DNA of 64,000 nucleotides, from contig JAJPKK010000155.1 of NCBI GenBank assembly GCA_021323775.1, forward strand, positions 9,080-73,079. The letters are read 5' to 3'. Both the position numbers and the translations under genes were made by a program. Shown here in pieces: positions 1-8,681 of this stretch. Under the pieces are notes generated by a model. It was given only the letters and a program-made list of their open reading frames with translations. It did no database searches and had not been told where the DNA came from. Origin of the DNA: Hyphomicrobiales bacterium (lineage in GTDB: Bacteria; Pseudomonadota; Alphaproteobacteria; Rhizobiales; Xanthobacteraceae). Every line of letters starts with the position of its first letter. The first letter of the stretch is position 1.

Positions 1-761
1 GTCCCCACAATCGACGCGGAACTCTCTACATTCCTGCAGCACGCACAGGACTAATGCTGTCACTGCGCATGATGATTTCACAGTTATTTGCGGAAGGCAC
101 ACCCCTATCTACCAGGTTGCCGCGGCCTCTGACAGATTTCCTACGGCGCCTCACACTAGAGCCATCACCAGCGGGAAACGGAGGGGCTCAAGAACAAATC
201 GCAAGATGGTTGCAAGACGAGATAATGCATGGAAAAGTAGAAGCAAGTGAAGATGAAGTTCCTTCGTTCACCTATATCCCAGAGAATACCAACGTGTCTG
301 TGCCGCTGCACGCGGCATCGTCCATGATAACGGAGCTAGCGCCATTCCTCATACTGTTGAAACAGGGTTTGTTACCTCGTCAGATTATTTTTGAGGAACC
401 TGAGGCGCACCTGCATCTATCTGCGCAACGATTAATAGCGAGAGCCTTAGCACGTTTAGTCAATTTGGGTGTGAGCGTGTTAGTAACAAGTCATAGTGAC
501 ACTTTCGTTCAGCAAATCAATAATCTGATGCATCTGTACCAGCATCCGCAAAGACTAAGTTTAATGAAAGAGCTGGGTTATGAAGAGGGCGATCTGATCA
601 ATCCAGCAGACGCGAAGTTGTACGAGTTTTCAGAGAGGGGGGACAAAACCGATGTTCGTGAGGTTAACAGGGAAGCTGCGGGATTCATAGTTCCCAGCCT
701 CAATGAGACGCTAGTAAACCTTTCAGAAGAAACGATTACGCTCCAGGACGGAGAGGGATGA
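1..761 (+). CDS. AAA_15/AAA_21-type (ABC/SMC-like) ATPase, C-terminal portion; gene begins upstream of the window
   Basis: Frame is open from nt 3 (PHNRRGTLYIPAARTG..) into ORF 54..761. Walker B/D-loop IIFEEPEAHLH and H-loop VLVTSHSD are present. Region is visibly AT-richer than the rest of the window. Confidence 0.7.
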   Translation, partial: PHNRRGTLYIPAARTGLMLSLRMMISQLFAEGTPLSTRLPRPLTDFLRRLTLEPSPAGNGGAQEQIARWLQDEIMHGKVEASEDEVPSFTYIPENTNVSVPLHAASSMITELAPFLILLKQGLLPRQIIFEEPEAHLHLSAQRLIARALARLVNLGVSVLVTSHSDTFVQQINNLMHLYQHPQRLSLMKELGYEEGDLINPADAKLYEFSERGDKTDVREVNREAAGFIVPSLNETLVNLSEETITLQDGEG

Positions 762-1348
762 TCCACATATGCAGATCATGCCTGCACCTCTTCAACACAC
801 GTTGGGTATCAGAGGCATCGGGCAGTATAGTTGTGAGGGAAACAGATCCAGGAGGGGCGAGTGAGGCGATATTCAAGACTGATAAGCCCTGCATAGTCGT
901 GAAAGCCGATCGGCAGGGTCGGCAGGCACCGCTTCTGTGGGCTCTAGCTGAGAGAAAGTGTGCGGATGGTGCTTTCTTCTTGTTCGAAAAAAATGAGGTG
1001 CACCTACACATTGTTGAAATAAAGAGCAAAATCACACTTGGGGAGTGGGCCAAGATACTCAAGCAATTCGAGGGAATGTTTTTGACTGCACTTGCGGTTG
1101 CACGTCTCCTGCAGGTGCACGAATTGGCGCGCGTGACCTGTTATGTGGCCGGTAGAACGGACAGCATTACGAACAAGTCGCAGAGCGCGTCGCCCGCTCT
1201 GCTGAAAACTCCAGTGGGAATGACGAAAACCCTTGGAGGACACGAATATTGGGAAAAGGAACTAGTCGAGCTTCCGCTTTCATTCAGAGCCCCTCTTGTG
1301 AAAGGCTGGAAAAATAGCGCAGGGGTGGTCGATTTCGGCTCGGTTTAA
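758..1348 (+). CDS. hypothetical protein; candidate PD-(D/E)xK-like nuclease partner of the ATPase
   Basis: ATG overlaps the upstream stop (ATGA at 758-761) and shares the AT-rich composition. Motif D70-x16-E87-I-K89 (CADGAFFLFEKNEVHLHIVEIKSK). No family recognised by eye. Confidence 0.55.
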   Translation: MIHICRSCLHLFNTRWVSEASGSIVVRETDPGGASEAIFKTDKPCIVVKADRQGRQAPLLWALAERKCADGAFFLFEKNEVHLHIVEIKSKITLGEWAKILKQFEGMFLTALAVARLLQVHELARVTCYVAGRTDSITNKSQSASPALLKTPVGMTKTLGGHEYWEKELVELPLSFRAPLVKGWKNSAGVVDFGSV

Positions 1349-1421
1349 TGGGCTATTGCGTGCGGCCAGCGCCTTGGGCAACGCGAAGCGCGCCCATCGA
1401 GACCGGCGGGTACGGCGCACT

Positions 1422-1443
1422 AAAGTCGGGCTTGCCCGACTTT
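1422..1443 (+). terminator. hairpin downstream of the AT-rich two-gene module (terminator-like)
   Basis: 9-bp stem aaagtcggg/cccgacttt with loop cttg, followed by a moderately T-rich gccactttcaaaattt. Confidence 0.3.
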
Positions 1444-1519
1444 GCCACTTTCAAAATTTATCGCAATCAGCAACAGCCGATTTCGATGCCTTTGCCCCTT
1501 CTTCTGAAAGCGTAGCGGC

Positions 1520-1918
1520 ATGAAGCTCGTTCTCGTTGCCGCATGCGCCCTCCTCGATGCCGACGGACGCGTCCTGCTCGCGCAGCGTCCGGCCGGCCGT
1601 GCGATGGCCGGATTATGGGAGTTCCCGGGCGGCAAGGTGGAGGCGGGCGAACGGCCGGAACAGACGCTTATCCGCGAGCTGCGAGAGGAGCTGGGAATCT
1701 CTGTCACGGAAGCGTGCCTCGCGCCGCTGACATTCGCGAGCCACGCGTACCCCGACTTTCATCTGCTCATGCCGCCCTATGTCTGCCGGCGCTGGGAGGG
1801 CGCTGTGACGGCGAAGGAAGGACAAAAGCTCGCCTGGGTGAGGCCAAACCGTCTGCGCGATTACGACATGCCGCCTGCCGACGTGCCGCTGATATCCCAT
1901 CTGACAGCGCTGTTATGA
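1520..1918 (+). CDS. mutT: NUDIX hydrolase, 8-oxo-dGTP diphosphatase
   Basis: Nudix box GLWEFPGGKVEAGERPEQTLIRELREELGI; size 132 aa. Confidence 0.85.
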   Translation: MKLVLVAACALLDADGRVLLAQRPAGRAMAGLWEFPGGKVEAGERPEQTLIRELREELGISVTEACLAPLTFASHAYPDFHLLMPPYVCRRWEGAVTAKEGQKLAWVRPNRLRDYDMPPADVPLISHLTALL

Positions 1919-1927
1919 GCGCAGGCT

Positions 1928-2833
1928 TTATCTTTCGGGTTTTTCGCCTGCGGGGATTTCCGCCGTGCCAAGCGCGTCCGCGAGCCGTGTCTTGGCGGAA
2001 CCGGGCCGCAACGGCTTCTGCTGGCTCTGGTGCGGCGACCAGCCTGACAGCCAGATGATGTCGAAAGTCGCCCGCACCTTGCCGTCGGGCTCGGCAAAGC
2101 GCTCGGCGTAGACCGCCATCGCTCGCGCCAGCGTTGCGCGGCGCAGCGGCGCGCGGCGGCGCTCCACCAACGGATTTGCGGCCCCCATACGTCGCAAATC
2201 GCGCAACAGCCTCAGCGGCGTTGCGTAACGCACCGTGATGCGGTCAACATCGGTCACCGGCAGCGCAAAGCCGGCGCGCTGCAACAAGGCGCCCATGTCG
2301 CGCAGGTCCGCAAACGGCGCGACGCGGGGCGATACGCCGCTTTCAAGCTCGCTTTCCGCCACCGCAAAGCTCTGGCGCAGCTCGGCGAGGGTGTCGCCGC
2401 CGAGAAGCGCGGCGAGGAACAGCCCATCCGGCTTTAAGGCGCGGCGCACCTGCACCAGCACACCAGGAAGATCGTTGACAGCCTGCAAGGAAAGCCCGGA
2501 GACGACGAGATCGAGCGTATTGTCCGCAAACGGGAGGCTCTCCTCGTCCGCAACGACGCGCCATACCGTCCTTGCGGCGCGATCAGGCCGATCAATGATC
2601 GGATCGAGCGCGATCATCGTGCCGATGGCGCCGCCGCGCAGAAGCGCCGTCCGCACCGCGTCGGTCGGGGTGCCGAGATCAACAACAAGGTCAAACCGGC
2701 GCAGCACCAAGCTCAATCTGTGAGCAAATTCATCCGCCACCTGATCGAGCAGGAATGTCTCCGGGCCAAGCCGCAATCCCCGCTTCCGGCGCGCGCGCAA
2801 CAGCAATCGATCGAATATGAGCGGCGGCGTCAT
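1928..2833 (-). CDS. class I SAM-dependent methyltransferase
   Basis: ORF 1928..2953 trimmed to the internal Met (MTPPLIFDRLL). Methyltransferase-type motifs VVDLGTP.. and LVVSGLSLQAVNDLPGVL..LKPDGLF. Divergent from comF, as is usual in alphaproteobacteria. Confidence 0.75.
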   Translation of the reverse strand: MTPPLIFDRLLLRARRKRGLRLGPETFLLDQVADEFAHRLSLVLRRFDLVVDLGTPTDAVRTALLRGGAIGTMIALDPIIDRPDRAARTVWRVVADEESLPFADNTLDLVVSGLSLQAVNDLPGVLVQVRRALKPDGLFLAALLGGDTLAELRQSFAVAESELESGVSPRVAPFADLRDMGALLQRAGFALPVTDVDRITVRYATPLRLLRDLRRMGAANPLVERRRAPLRRATLARAMAVYAERFAEPDGKVRATFDIIWLSGWSPHQSQQKPLRPGSAKTRLADALGTAEIPAGEKPER

Positions 2834-2998
2834 TGCGGCTTTCCCGTCCGTTTGCAACAGCGCATTTACCTGCAATCTATTCGCTCTGGACCTTGCGAGC
2901 AGGGCGCTCCGGGCTTGCCGGACCAGCGGCCTTTCCAAGGTTTTAGACTTCACCCGCCAGCTCTGGCTCCGTTGCCGATGCGGCGCTAACGTGCGGGC

Positions 2999-3805
2999 AT
3001 GTCCGAGACCGAAAGTACGCCTGTTCCCGCCGCCCGGCCGTCCCTATTTACCCGCGTCGCACGGCTTGGTCGCGCCGTCCTGAGCGTCGCGCTCGATGCG
3101 GCCTTGCCCCCGTTGTGCGCATCGTGCCGAACACCGCTCGCCAATCCCGGCGGATTGTGTCCAGCCTGCTGGTCGCGGGTGTCTTTCATTGCGCCGCCCT
3201 ACTGCGAACGTCTCGGCATCCCGTTCGCCTATGACCCCGGTCCGGGAATCTTGTCCATGGAGGCGATCGCCGATCCGCCCGCCTATGGACGGGCGCGCGC
3301 CGCCGTACGTTACGAGGACGTCGCCCGCGATCTTGTCCATCGACTCAAATATGGCGACAGGCTCGACCTCGCCACCTCAATGGGCCAATGGATGGCGCGC
3401 GCCGGGGAGGCGTTGCTTGCCGACGCGGATGCGCTGGTGCCGGTGCCTTTGCATTGGCGACGGCTGTGGGGCCGGCGGTTCAATCAAGCGGCTGCACTCG
3501 CCAGGGTGGTAGCCTCAGACAGCGAAGTCCCCCTCCTCACTGGAGCCCTCAGGCGCGTGCGCGCCACGCCGCAGCAGGTCGGCCTGTCGCGCAGCGCGCG
3601 GGCCGTGAACGTGCAGGGCGCATTCGCGGTCACGCAGGCCGGCAAGATCGCGATTTATGGCAAGCGGCTGATCCTTGTCGACGACGTGCTGACATCCGGC
3701 GCAACCGTGGATGCGTGCGCGAGAGTCCTGCTGCGCTCCGGCGCGCGCAATGTGGACGTGCTGGTTTTTGCCAGGGTTGTCGCGACGGCGCAGGTTCCCA
3801 TATAG
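2999..3805 (+). CDS. comF: ComF family protein (phosphoribosyltransferase domain)
   Basis: N-terminal Cys pairs CASC..CPAC and PRTase motif LILVDDVLTSGATVDA. Confidence 0.8.
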   Translation: MSETESTPVPAARPSLFTRVARLGRAVLSVALDAALPPLCASCRTPLANPGGLCPACWSRVSFIAPPYCERLGIPFAYDPGPGILSMEAIADPPAYGRARAAVRYEDVARDLVHRLKYGDRLDLATSMGQWMARAGEALLADADALVPVPLHWRRLWGRRFNQAAALARVVASDSEVPLLTGALRRVRATPQQVGLSRSARAVNVQGAFAVTQAGKIAIYGKRLILVDDVLTSGATVDACARVLLRSGARNVDVLVFARVVATAQVPI

Positions 3806-3836
3806 TACAGCAACGCTGACGTAAGGCTCATCCAGG

Positions 3837-4094
3837 ATGTCCCATATCGTCGTTTACACGACTCCCCATTGTTCTTATTGCGTTTCGGCCAAGGCATTGC
3901 TCCGGCGCAAGGGCATCGAATTCACTGAGGTCAATGTCGCGGGCGCACCTGACCGACGCGCCGAGATGGTGGAGCGCGCCAACGGCCTTACCACGGTGCC
4001 GCAGATTTTTATCGGGCCCAATCATGTGGGCGGATGTGACGAGCTTTATGCGCTTGATGGAGCCGGCAAGCTTGATGCGCTGCTCGCTGGTTGA
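3837..4094 (+). CDS. grxC: glutaredoxin 3
   Basis: CSYC active site, TVPQIFIG..HVGGCDEL; 85 aa. Confidence 0.9.
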   Translation: MSHIVVYTTPHCSYCVSAKALLRRKGIEFTEVNVAGAPDRRAEMVERANGLTTVPQIFIGPNHVGGCDELYALDGAGKLDALLAG

Positions 4095-4109
4095 GAAACG
4101 AGGGCTCTG

Positions 4110-4979
4110 ATGCTCACAGCTCAAGCGACCTTCCGGGTGGCCCTTATCCAGATGCGGTCGGGGCGCTCCCCCGCTGCCAATCTCGACGCTGCTACGAAGC
4201 TGATCGCCGAGGCAAAGGCAGGCGGCGCGGACTACGTGCAAACGCCCGAAATGACAAACATCCTCGAATCGAGGCGCGACGCCCTCATGGCGGCGATCAA
4301 GCCGGAACACGAGGATCCTTCGCTCGCGGCGTTCCGCGACCTCGCGCGGCGACACCGGCTGTGGCTCCACGTCGGCTCGCTTGCCCTGAAGATTTCGCCC
4401 GATCGTGCCGTCAATCGCGGCTTCCTCATCGACCCGGAGGGCGGGGTCGCGGCGCGCTACGACAAGATCCATATGTTCGATGTCGACCTCCCGAACGGCG
4501 AGAGCTATCGGGAATCGCGCAGCTACGCACCCGGCGAGCACGCCGTGACAGCGCGCCTCCCGTGGGGCCGGCTTGGTCTTACGATCTGCTACGACCTGCG
4601 CTTTCCAGGGCTTTACCGCGCTCTTGCCGAGGCTGGGAGCATGTTTCTCGCGATCCCGTCCTCGTTCACCAGGCAGACCGGGGAGGCCCACTGGCATGTG
4701 CTCAACCGCGCGCGCGCGATCGAGAACGGCTGTTTCGTCTTCGCGGCGGCGCAAGGCGGCAGCCACGAGAACGGCCGCGACACCTTTGGGCACTCGCTTG
4801 TCGTCGACCCCTGGGGCCGCGTGCTCGCTGAGGGCGATGTTGAACCCGCCGTCGTGATCGCCGAAATTGACCCGAACGCCGTCGCTACCGCGCGGGCTCG
4901 CATTCCCTCGCTCCAGCACGGCCGGCGCTTCGAAATCGTCGACCCGATGGAAAAGCCTGCGCACCTTCATGTCGTGTGA
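4110..4979 (+). CDS. carbon-nitrogen hydrolase (nitrilase superfamily) protein
   Basis: E-K-C triad context: QTPEM.., HYDKIHMFD-like RYDKIHMFDV, LTICYDLRFP. Confidence 0.85.
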   Translation: MLTAQATFRVALIQMRSGRSPAANLDAATKLIAEAKAGGADYVQTPEMTNILESRRDALMAAIKPEHEDPSLAAFRDLARRHRLWLHVGSLALKISPDRAVNRGFLIDPEGGVAARYDKIHMFDVDLPNGESYRESRSYAPGEHAVTARLPWGRLGLTICYDLRFPGLYRALAEAGSMFLAIPSSFTRQTGEAHWHVLNRARAIENGCFVFAAAQGGSHENGRDTFGHSLVVDPWGRVLAEGDVEPAVVIAEIDPNAVATARARIPSLQHGRRFEIVDPMEKPAHLHVV

Positions 4980-4989
4980 GTGATCTGAA

Positions 4990-5499
4990 ATGATCCGGTA
5001 CACACTTGTTTGCGACAAGCGGCACGAATTCGAAAGCTGGTTTGCGAATTCAGCGGCCTATGACAAGCAGGCGAGGCGCGGCCTCGTCGCCTGTCCCGTG
5101 TGCGCCAGCACAAAGGTCGAAAAGGCCTTGATGACGCCGAGGCTCGGCAGGACGGATACGCCGTCGGGCCGCGGGGCCGCACGGGCACAGCCATCGCCCG
5201 CGGAAACGGCGCCGCCCGGAGAAAACGCGCCGGCCGCCGCGAAGGTCCCGACGCCGGTGGCAATGGTCTCGCCACAAGAGCGTGAGTTTCGCCAGAAGCT
5301 TCGTGAACTGCGCGACCATCTTGTCAAGAATGCCGAAAATGTCGGGCCGCGCTTTCCGGAGGAAGCCCGCAAGATGCATTACGGCGAGGCCAAGCACCGT
5401 TCCATCTACGGGGTGGCGTCGCCGCAGGATGCGAGGGCGCTGCACGAGGAAGGCATCGAGTTCTCGCCGCTCCCGGTGCTGCCGGACGAGCATAATTAG
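4990..5499 (+). CDS. DUF1178 family protein
   Basis: MIRYTLVCDKRHEFESWFANSAAYDKQ..CPVC is the typical DUF1178 N-terminus. Confidence 0.7.
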   Translation: MIRYTLVCDKRHEFESWFANSAAYDKQARRGLVACPVCASTKVEKALMTPRLGRTDTPSGRGAARAQPSPAETAPPGENAPAAAKVPTPVAMVSPQEREFRQKLRELRDHLVKNAENVGPRFPEEARKMHYGEAKHRSIYGVASPQDARALHEEGIEFSPLPVLPDEHN

Positions 5500-5503
5500 C
5501 TGA

Positions 5504-6802
5504 TCAGGCGCGAGTTGACATCACGCGCCAGATCGCATCCATCAATGTCACAAGTTCGTCGCCGTCGATTGTGAACGCGGGCGTCAGATAGACCACACGG
5601 CCGAACGGCCGGATAAAAACCCCTTCAGAGATAAACCGCTGCCGGAGCGCGTCGAGATCGTCGACGCGATGGAGCTCGACCACGCCGACTGCACCTTTGA
5701 CGCGGACATCCTTGACGCAAGGAAGCCCGCGGCACGGTTCGAGGCCGTGCACCAGCGCGCGCGCGATGTGGGCGACCTGAGCGAGCCGCGGTTCCCGCTC
5801 GAACAGGTCGAGCGAGGCATTGGCCGCCGCGCAGGCCAGCGGGTTTGCCATGAAGGTCGGGCCGTGCATCAGCGCCTTGGTCGGGTCGTCGGACCAAAAC
5901 GCTTCGAACACGCTCTGGCGGGCAATCGTGACGGCCAGCGGCAAGGTGCCGCCGGTCAACGCCTTGGACAGCGCGATAATGTCCGGCGCGACGTTCGCTT
6001 CCTGGAAGGCAAACATCGCGCCGGTGCGGCCGAAGCCCGTAAAGATTTCGTCGAAGATCAAGAGCAGCTGGTAGCGGTCGGCGGCGGTGCGCAACCGGTG
6101 CAGCACGGCCGCGTCATGGACGCGCATGCCGCCGGCGCCCTGCACCAAAGGCTCGACGATGATGGCCGCCAGCTCTGCAGCGTGCCGCTCGAGCGTGGCC
6201 TCGAAAACGGCGGTCGTTTTCTCATCAGCCGGCAGGTCGACGGTGATCTGCTCGGGCGCCAAGCCGGCAAAGGCCGCATGCAGACCGTCTTGCTGATCGG
6301 AAACTGCCATGGCGCCGGTCGTGTCGCCGTGATAGGCGCCGCGGAACGAGAGGATCCGGCGTCGACCGCGGATGCCGCGGTTGTGCCAATATTGCACTGC
6401 CATTTTGAGGGCGACCTCGACCGCGACCGAGCCGGAATCACTGAAGAACGCCCGGTCGAGGCCACGGACGCCCAAAAGGCCAATCAGCCGCCGCGCCAGC
6501 GTCAATGCCTGCTCGTGCACCACGCCGCCGAACATCACGTGCGGCATCACCCCGAGCTGCCGCTCCACCGCGGCGCGAATGTGGGGATGATTGTAGCCGT
6601 GGCAGGCGGTCCACCACGAGGCAATGCCATCGATCAGTTCTCGGCCATCGGCCAGCACGATCCGGCAGCCTTTGGTCGCCGCGACCGCGAGCGGCGGGAT
6701 TGCGGTCTTCATCTGCGCATAGGGTAGCCAGATGTGATTGCGCCCCTGCGCATACCAGAGCGGCATGGCGTCGTCGTTGTTTTTGCTGGTATTTCCCGAC
6801 AT
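5504..6802 (-). CDS. bioA: adenosylmethionine-8-amino-7-oxononanoate aminotransferase
   Basis: Class III aminotransferase motifs (FDEIFTGFGRTG, LSKALTGG). Divergent from bioF-bioD. An alternative start at 6766 (MPLWYAQG) is possible. Confidence 0.85.
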   Translation of the reverse strand: MSGNTSKNNDDAMPLWYAQGRNHIWLPYAQMKTAIPPLAVAATKGCRIVLADGRELIDGIASWWTACHGYNHPHIRAAVERQLGVMPHVMFGGVVHEQALTLARRLIGLLGVRGLDRAFFSDSGSVAVEVALKMAVQYWHNRGIRGRRRILSFRGAYHGDTTGAMAVSDQQDGLHAAFAGLAPEQITVDLPADEKTTAVFEATLERHAAELAAIIVEPLVQGAGGMRVHDAAVLHRLRTAADRYQLLLIFDEIFTGFGRTGAMFAFQEANVAPDIIALSKALTGGTLPLAVTIARQSVFEAFWSDDPTKALMHGPTFMANPLACAAANASLDLFEREPRLAQVAHIARALVHGLEPCRGLPCVKDVRVKGAVGVVELHRVDDLDALRQRFISEGVFIRPFGRVVYLTPAFTIDGDELVTLMDAIWRVMSTRA

Positions 6803-6824
6803 TCGGCGCTTTCATGCTATCGCA

Positions 6825-7979
6825 ATGCGGTCGCTTGACGAATTCGCGTCCGGCAAGCTTGCGGCGCTACAAGGCGCCCGGCTGCTGCGTACGCCCGTGG
6901 TGACGGCGCGCCAAGGCATTTATGCCGAGCGCGGCGGTCGCCGGCTGGTCTCGTTCTCGTGCAACGATTACCTCAATCTTAGCCGGCATCCGGCGATCAT
7001 CAAGGCGGCCGTCGAAGCGGCCGAGCGCTACGGCGCTGGCGCCGGCGCCTCGCGCCTGGTCACCGGCAATCACCCCCTTTATGACCAACTGGAGAGCCGG
7101 CTCTGCCGGCTAAAGCGCAGCGAGGCCGCCTGCGTCTTCGGCGCCGGCTATCTCGCCAATGTCGGCATCATCCCGGCGCTCGTTGGTCCCGACGATCTGA
7201 TCTTGGTCGACGAACTTTCGCACGCCTGTCTCAATGCCGGGGCGAAGCTGAGCGGTGCCGCGGTCCAGCGCTTTCGCCATGGTGACGCCGCGCACGTGGA
7301 ACTGCTCCTGGCCAGACACCGTGCCGCCCATCCGCGCACCATGATCGCTACCGACGGGGTATTCTCCATGGACGGCGATCTGGCGCCGCTCGCGGAGCTA
7401 TCAAGGCTCGCCGCTCGCTTCGACGCGTGGCTGTTCGTCGATGATGCGCACGGCCTTGGCGTAGTCGGCCAAGGCCGCGGCTCGACCTTTGCCAATGGCG
7501 CCGCTGACGTGCCGCTGCAGATGGGCACCCTGTCAAAGGCGGTGGGCGCCTACGGCGGCTATCTGTGCGCATCGCAGCCGGTGATCGACCTTATACGGAC
7601 CAGGGCGCGGCCATTTATTTATTCGACCGGCCTGCCGCCGCCCGTGGTCGCCGCTGCCATAGCTGCCCTCGATATCATCGCCAGCGAACCAGGCTATGTC
7701 GCCGAACCGCTGCGCAAGGCACGGATGTTCGCCCGCGCCATGAATTTGCCCCCGGCGCAGTCCGCCATTGTGCCATTGATCCTGGGCGAAAGCGATGCCG
7801 CGCTCGCGGCATCGGCCACGCTGGAACGTGAAGGCTTTTTGGTCGTCGCCATTCGCCCGCCCACAGTGCCCAAGGGGACGGCGCGCCTGCGTTTCGCCTT
7901 CACGGCGCAGCATCCCGATGCCGAGATTGAGCGGCTCGCAACCGCTGTACACCGCTGCATTCTGAGATCCCAATCTTGA
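6825..7979 (+). CDS. bioF: 8-amino-7-oxononanoate synthase
   Basis: ORF 6738..7979 trimmed to MRSLDEFASGKL. Alpha-oxoamine synthase motifs (SFSCNDYLNLS, GTLSKAVG). Confidence 0.85.
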   Translation: MRSLDEFASGKLAALQGARLLRTPVVTARQGIYAERGGRRLVSFSCNDYLNLSRHPAIIKAAVEAAERYGAGAGASRLVTGNHPLYDQLESRLCRLKRSEAACVFGAGYLANVGIIPALVGPDDLILVDELSHACLNAGAKLSGAAVQRFRHGDAAHVELLLARHRAAHPRTMIATDGVFSMDGDLAPLAELSRLAARFDAWLFVDDAHGLGVVGQGRGSTFANGAADVPLQMGTLSKAVGAYGGYLCASQPVIDLIRTRARPFIYSTGLPPPVVAAAIAALDIIASEPGYVAEPLRKARMFARAMNLPPAQSAIVPLILGESDAALAASATLEREGFLVVAIRPPTVPKGTARLRFAFTAQHPDAEIERLATAVHRCILRSQS

Positions 7980-8668
7980 GCGCGATCTTCATCACTGCGA
8001 CCGGCACCGATGTCGGCAAGACGTTCTTGGCGGCTTCGTTGATTCGCCACTTCCGGCAGATCGGCCGTGCGGTTCACGCTATCAAGCCAGTAGTCAGCGG
8101 CTTTGATCCCGCGCAAATCGAGGCCAGCGACCCTGGCGTCCTGCTGAGCGCGCTAGGCTTGCCGGTCACCATGGAGGAGGTCGAGCGAATTTCGCCGTGG
8201 CGCTTTCGTGCTCCCCTGTCGCCCGATACAGCCGCCGCGCGCGAAGGCCGCCGCATCGACGTCGATCAGGTGATTGCATGCTGCAAAAGCGCGGTGGCTC
8301 AGCACCGCGGTATTTTGCTGATCGAAGGCATCGGAGGCATTATGGTACCACTCGACGCGCGGCGCACTGTCCTCGACGTGCTGACAGCGCTGCGGCTTCC
8401 TCTGATCCTGGTCACCGGCAGCTATCTCGGCACCATTAGTCACACCCTGACTGCAATTGACGCGCTGCTCCGGCGCGACATGGACCTGTTGGCGACCATC
8501 GTTAGCGAGACGCCGGGGTCGACGGTGCCGCTTGAGGACGTGGTAAGCAGCATCGCCAACTTCGCGGAGCCGGTGATCGGCCTGCCGCGTGGGCGTCCCG
8601 GCACGGCGCCAAATCTCGACGACTTGTTCAGCTCGCAGCGTGCGCTGGACATGATGAATTTAGGTTAG
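7976..8668 (+). CDS. bioD: dethiobiotin synthase
   Basis: TTG start overlapping the bioF stop. P-loop ATGTDVGKT. Confidence 0.85.
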   Translation: MSAIFITATGTDVGKTFLAASLIRHFRQIGRAVHAIKPVVSGFDPAQIEASDPGVLLSALGLPVTMEEVERISPWRFRAPLSPDTAAAREGRRIDVDQVIACCKSAVAQHRGILLIEGIGGIMVPLDARRTVLDVLTALRLPLILVTGSYLGTISHTLTAIDALLRRDMDLLATIVSETPGSTVPLEDVVSSIANFAEPVIGLPRGRPGTAPNLDDLFSSQRALDMMNLG

Positions 8669-8681
8669 GTTTCCCGCTCGC

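Noticed and set aside
3828-5018. 396-aa ORF antisense to grxC and the carbon-nitrogen hydrolase gene
   Set aside because: High-GC genomes give long stop-free antisense frames. The sense-strand genes have clear family motifs, and the antisense product is Arg/Ala/Pro-rich with no motif. The same applies to 5669..6727, 12236..12847, 13094..13678 and 15651..16406.
5504-8668. Biotin cluster has bioA/bioF/bioD but no bioB or bioC/bioH in the window
   Set aside because: Split bio loci are common in alphaproteobacteria. Absence from a 64-kb window says nothing about the genome.
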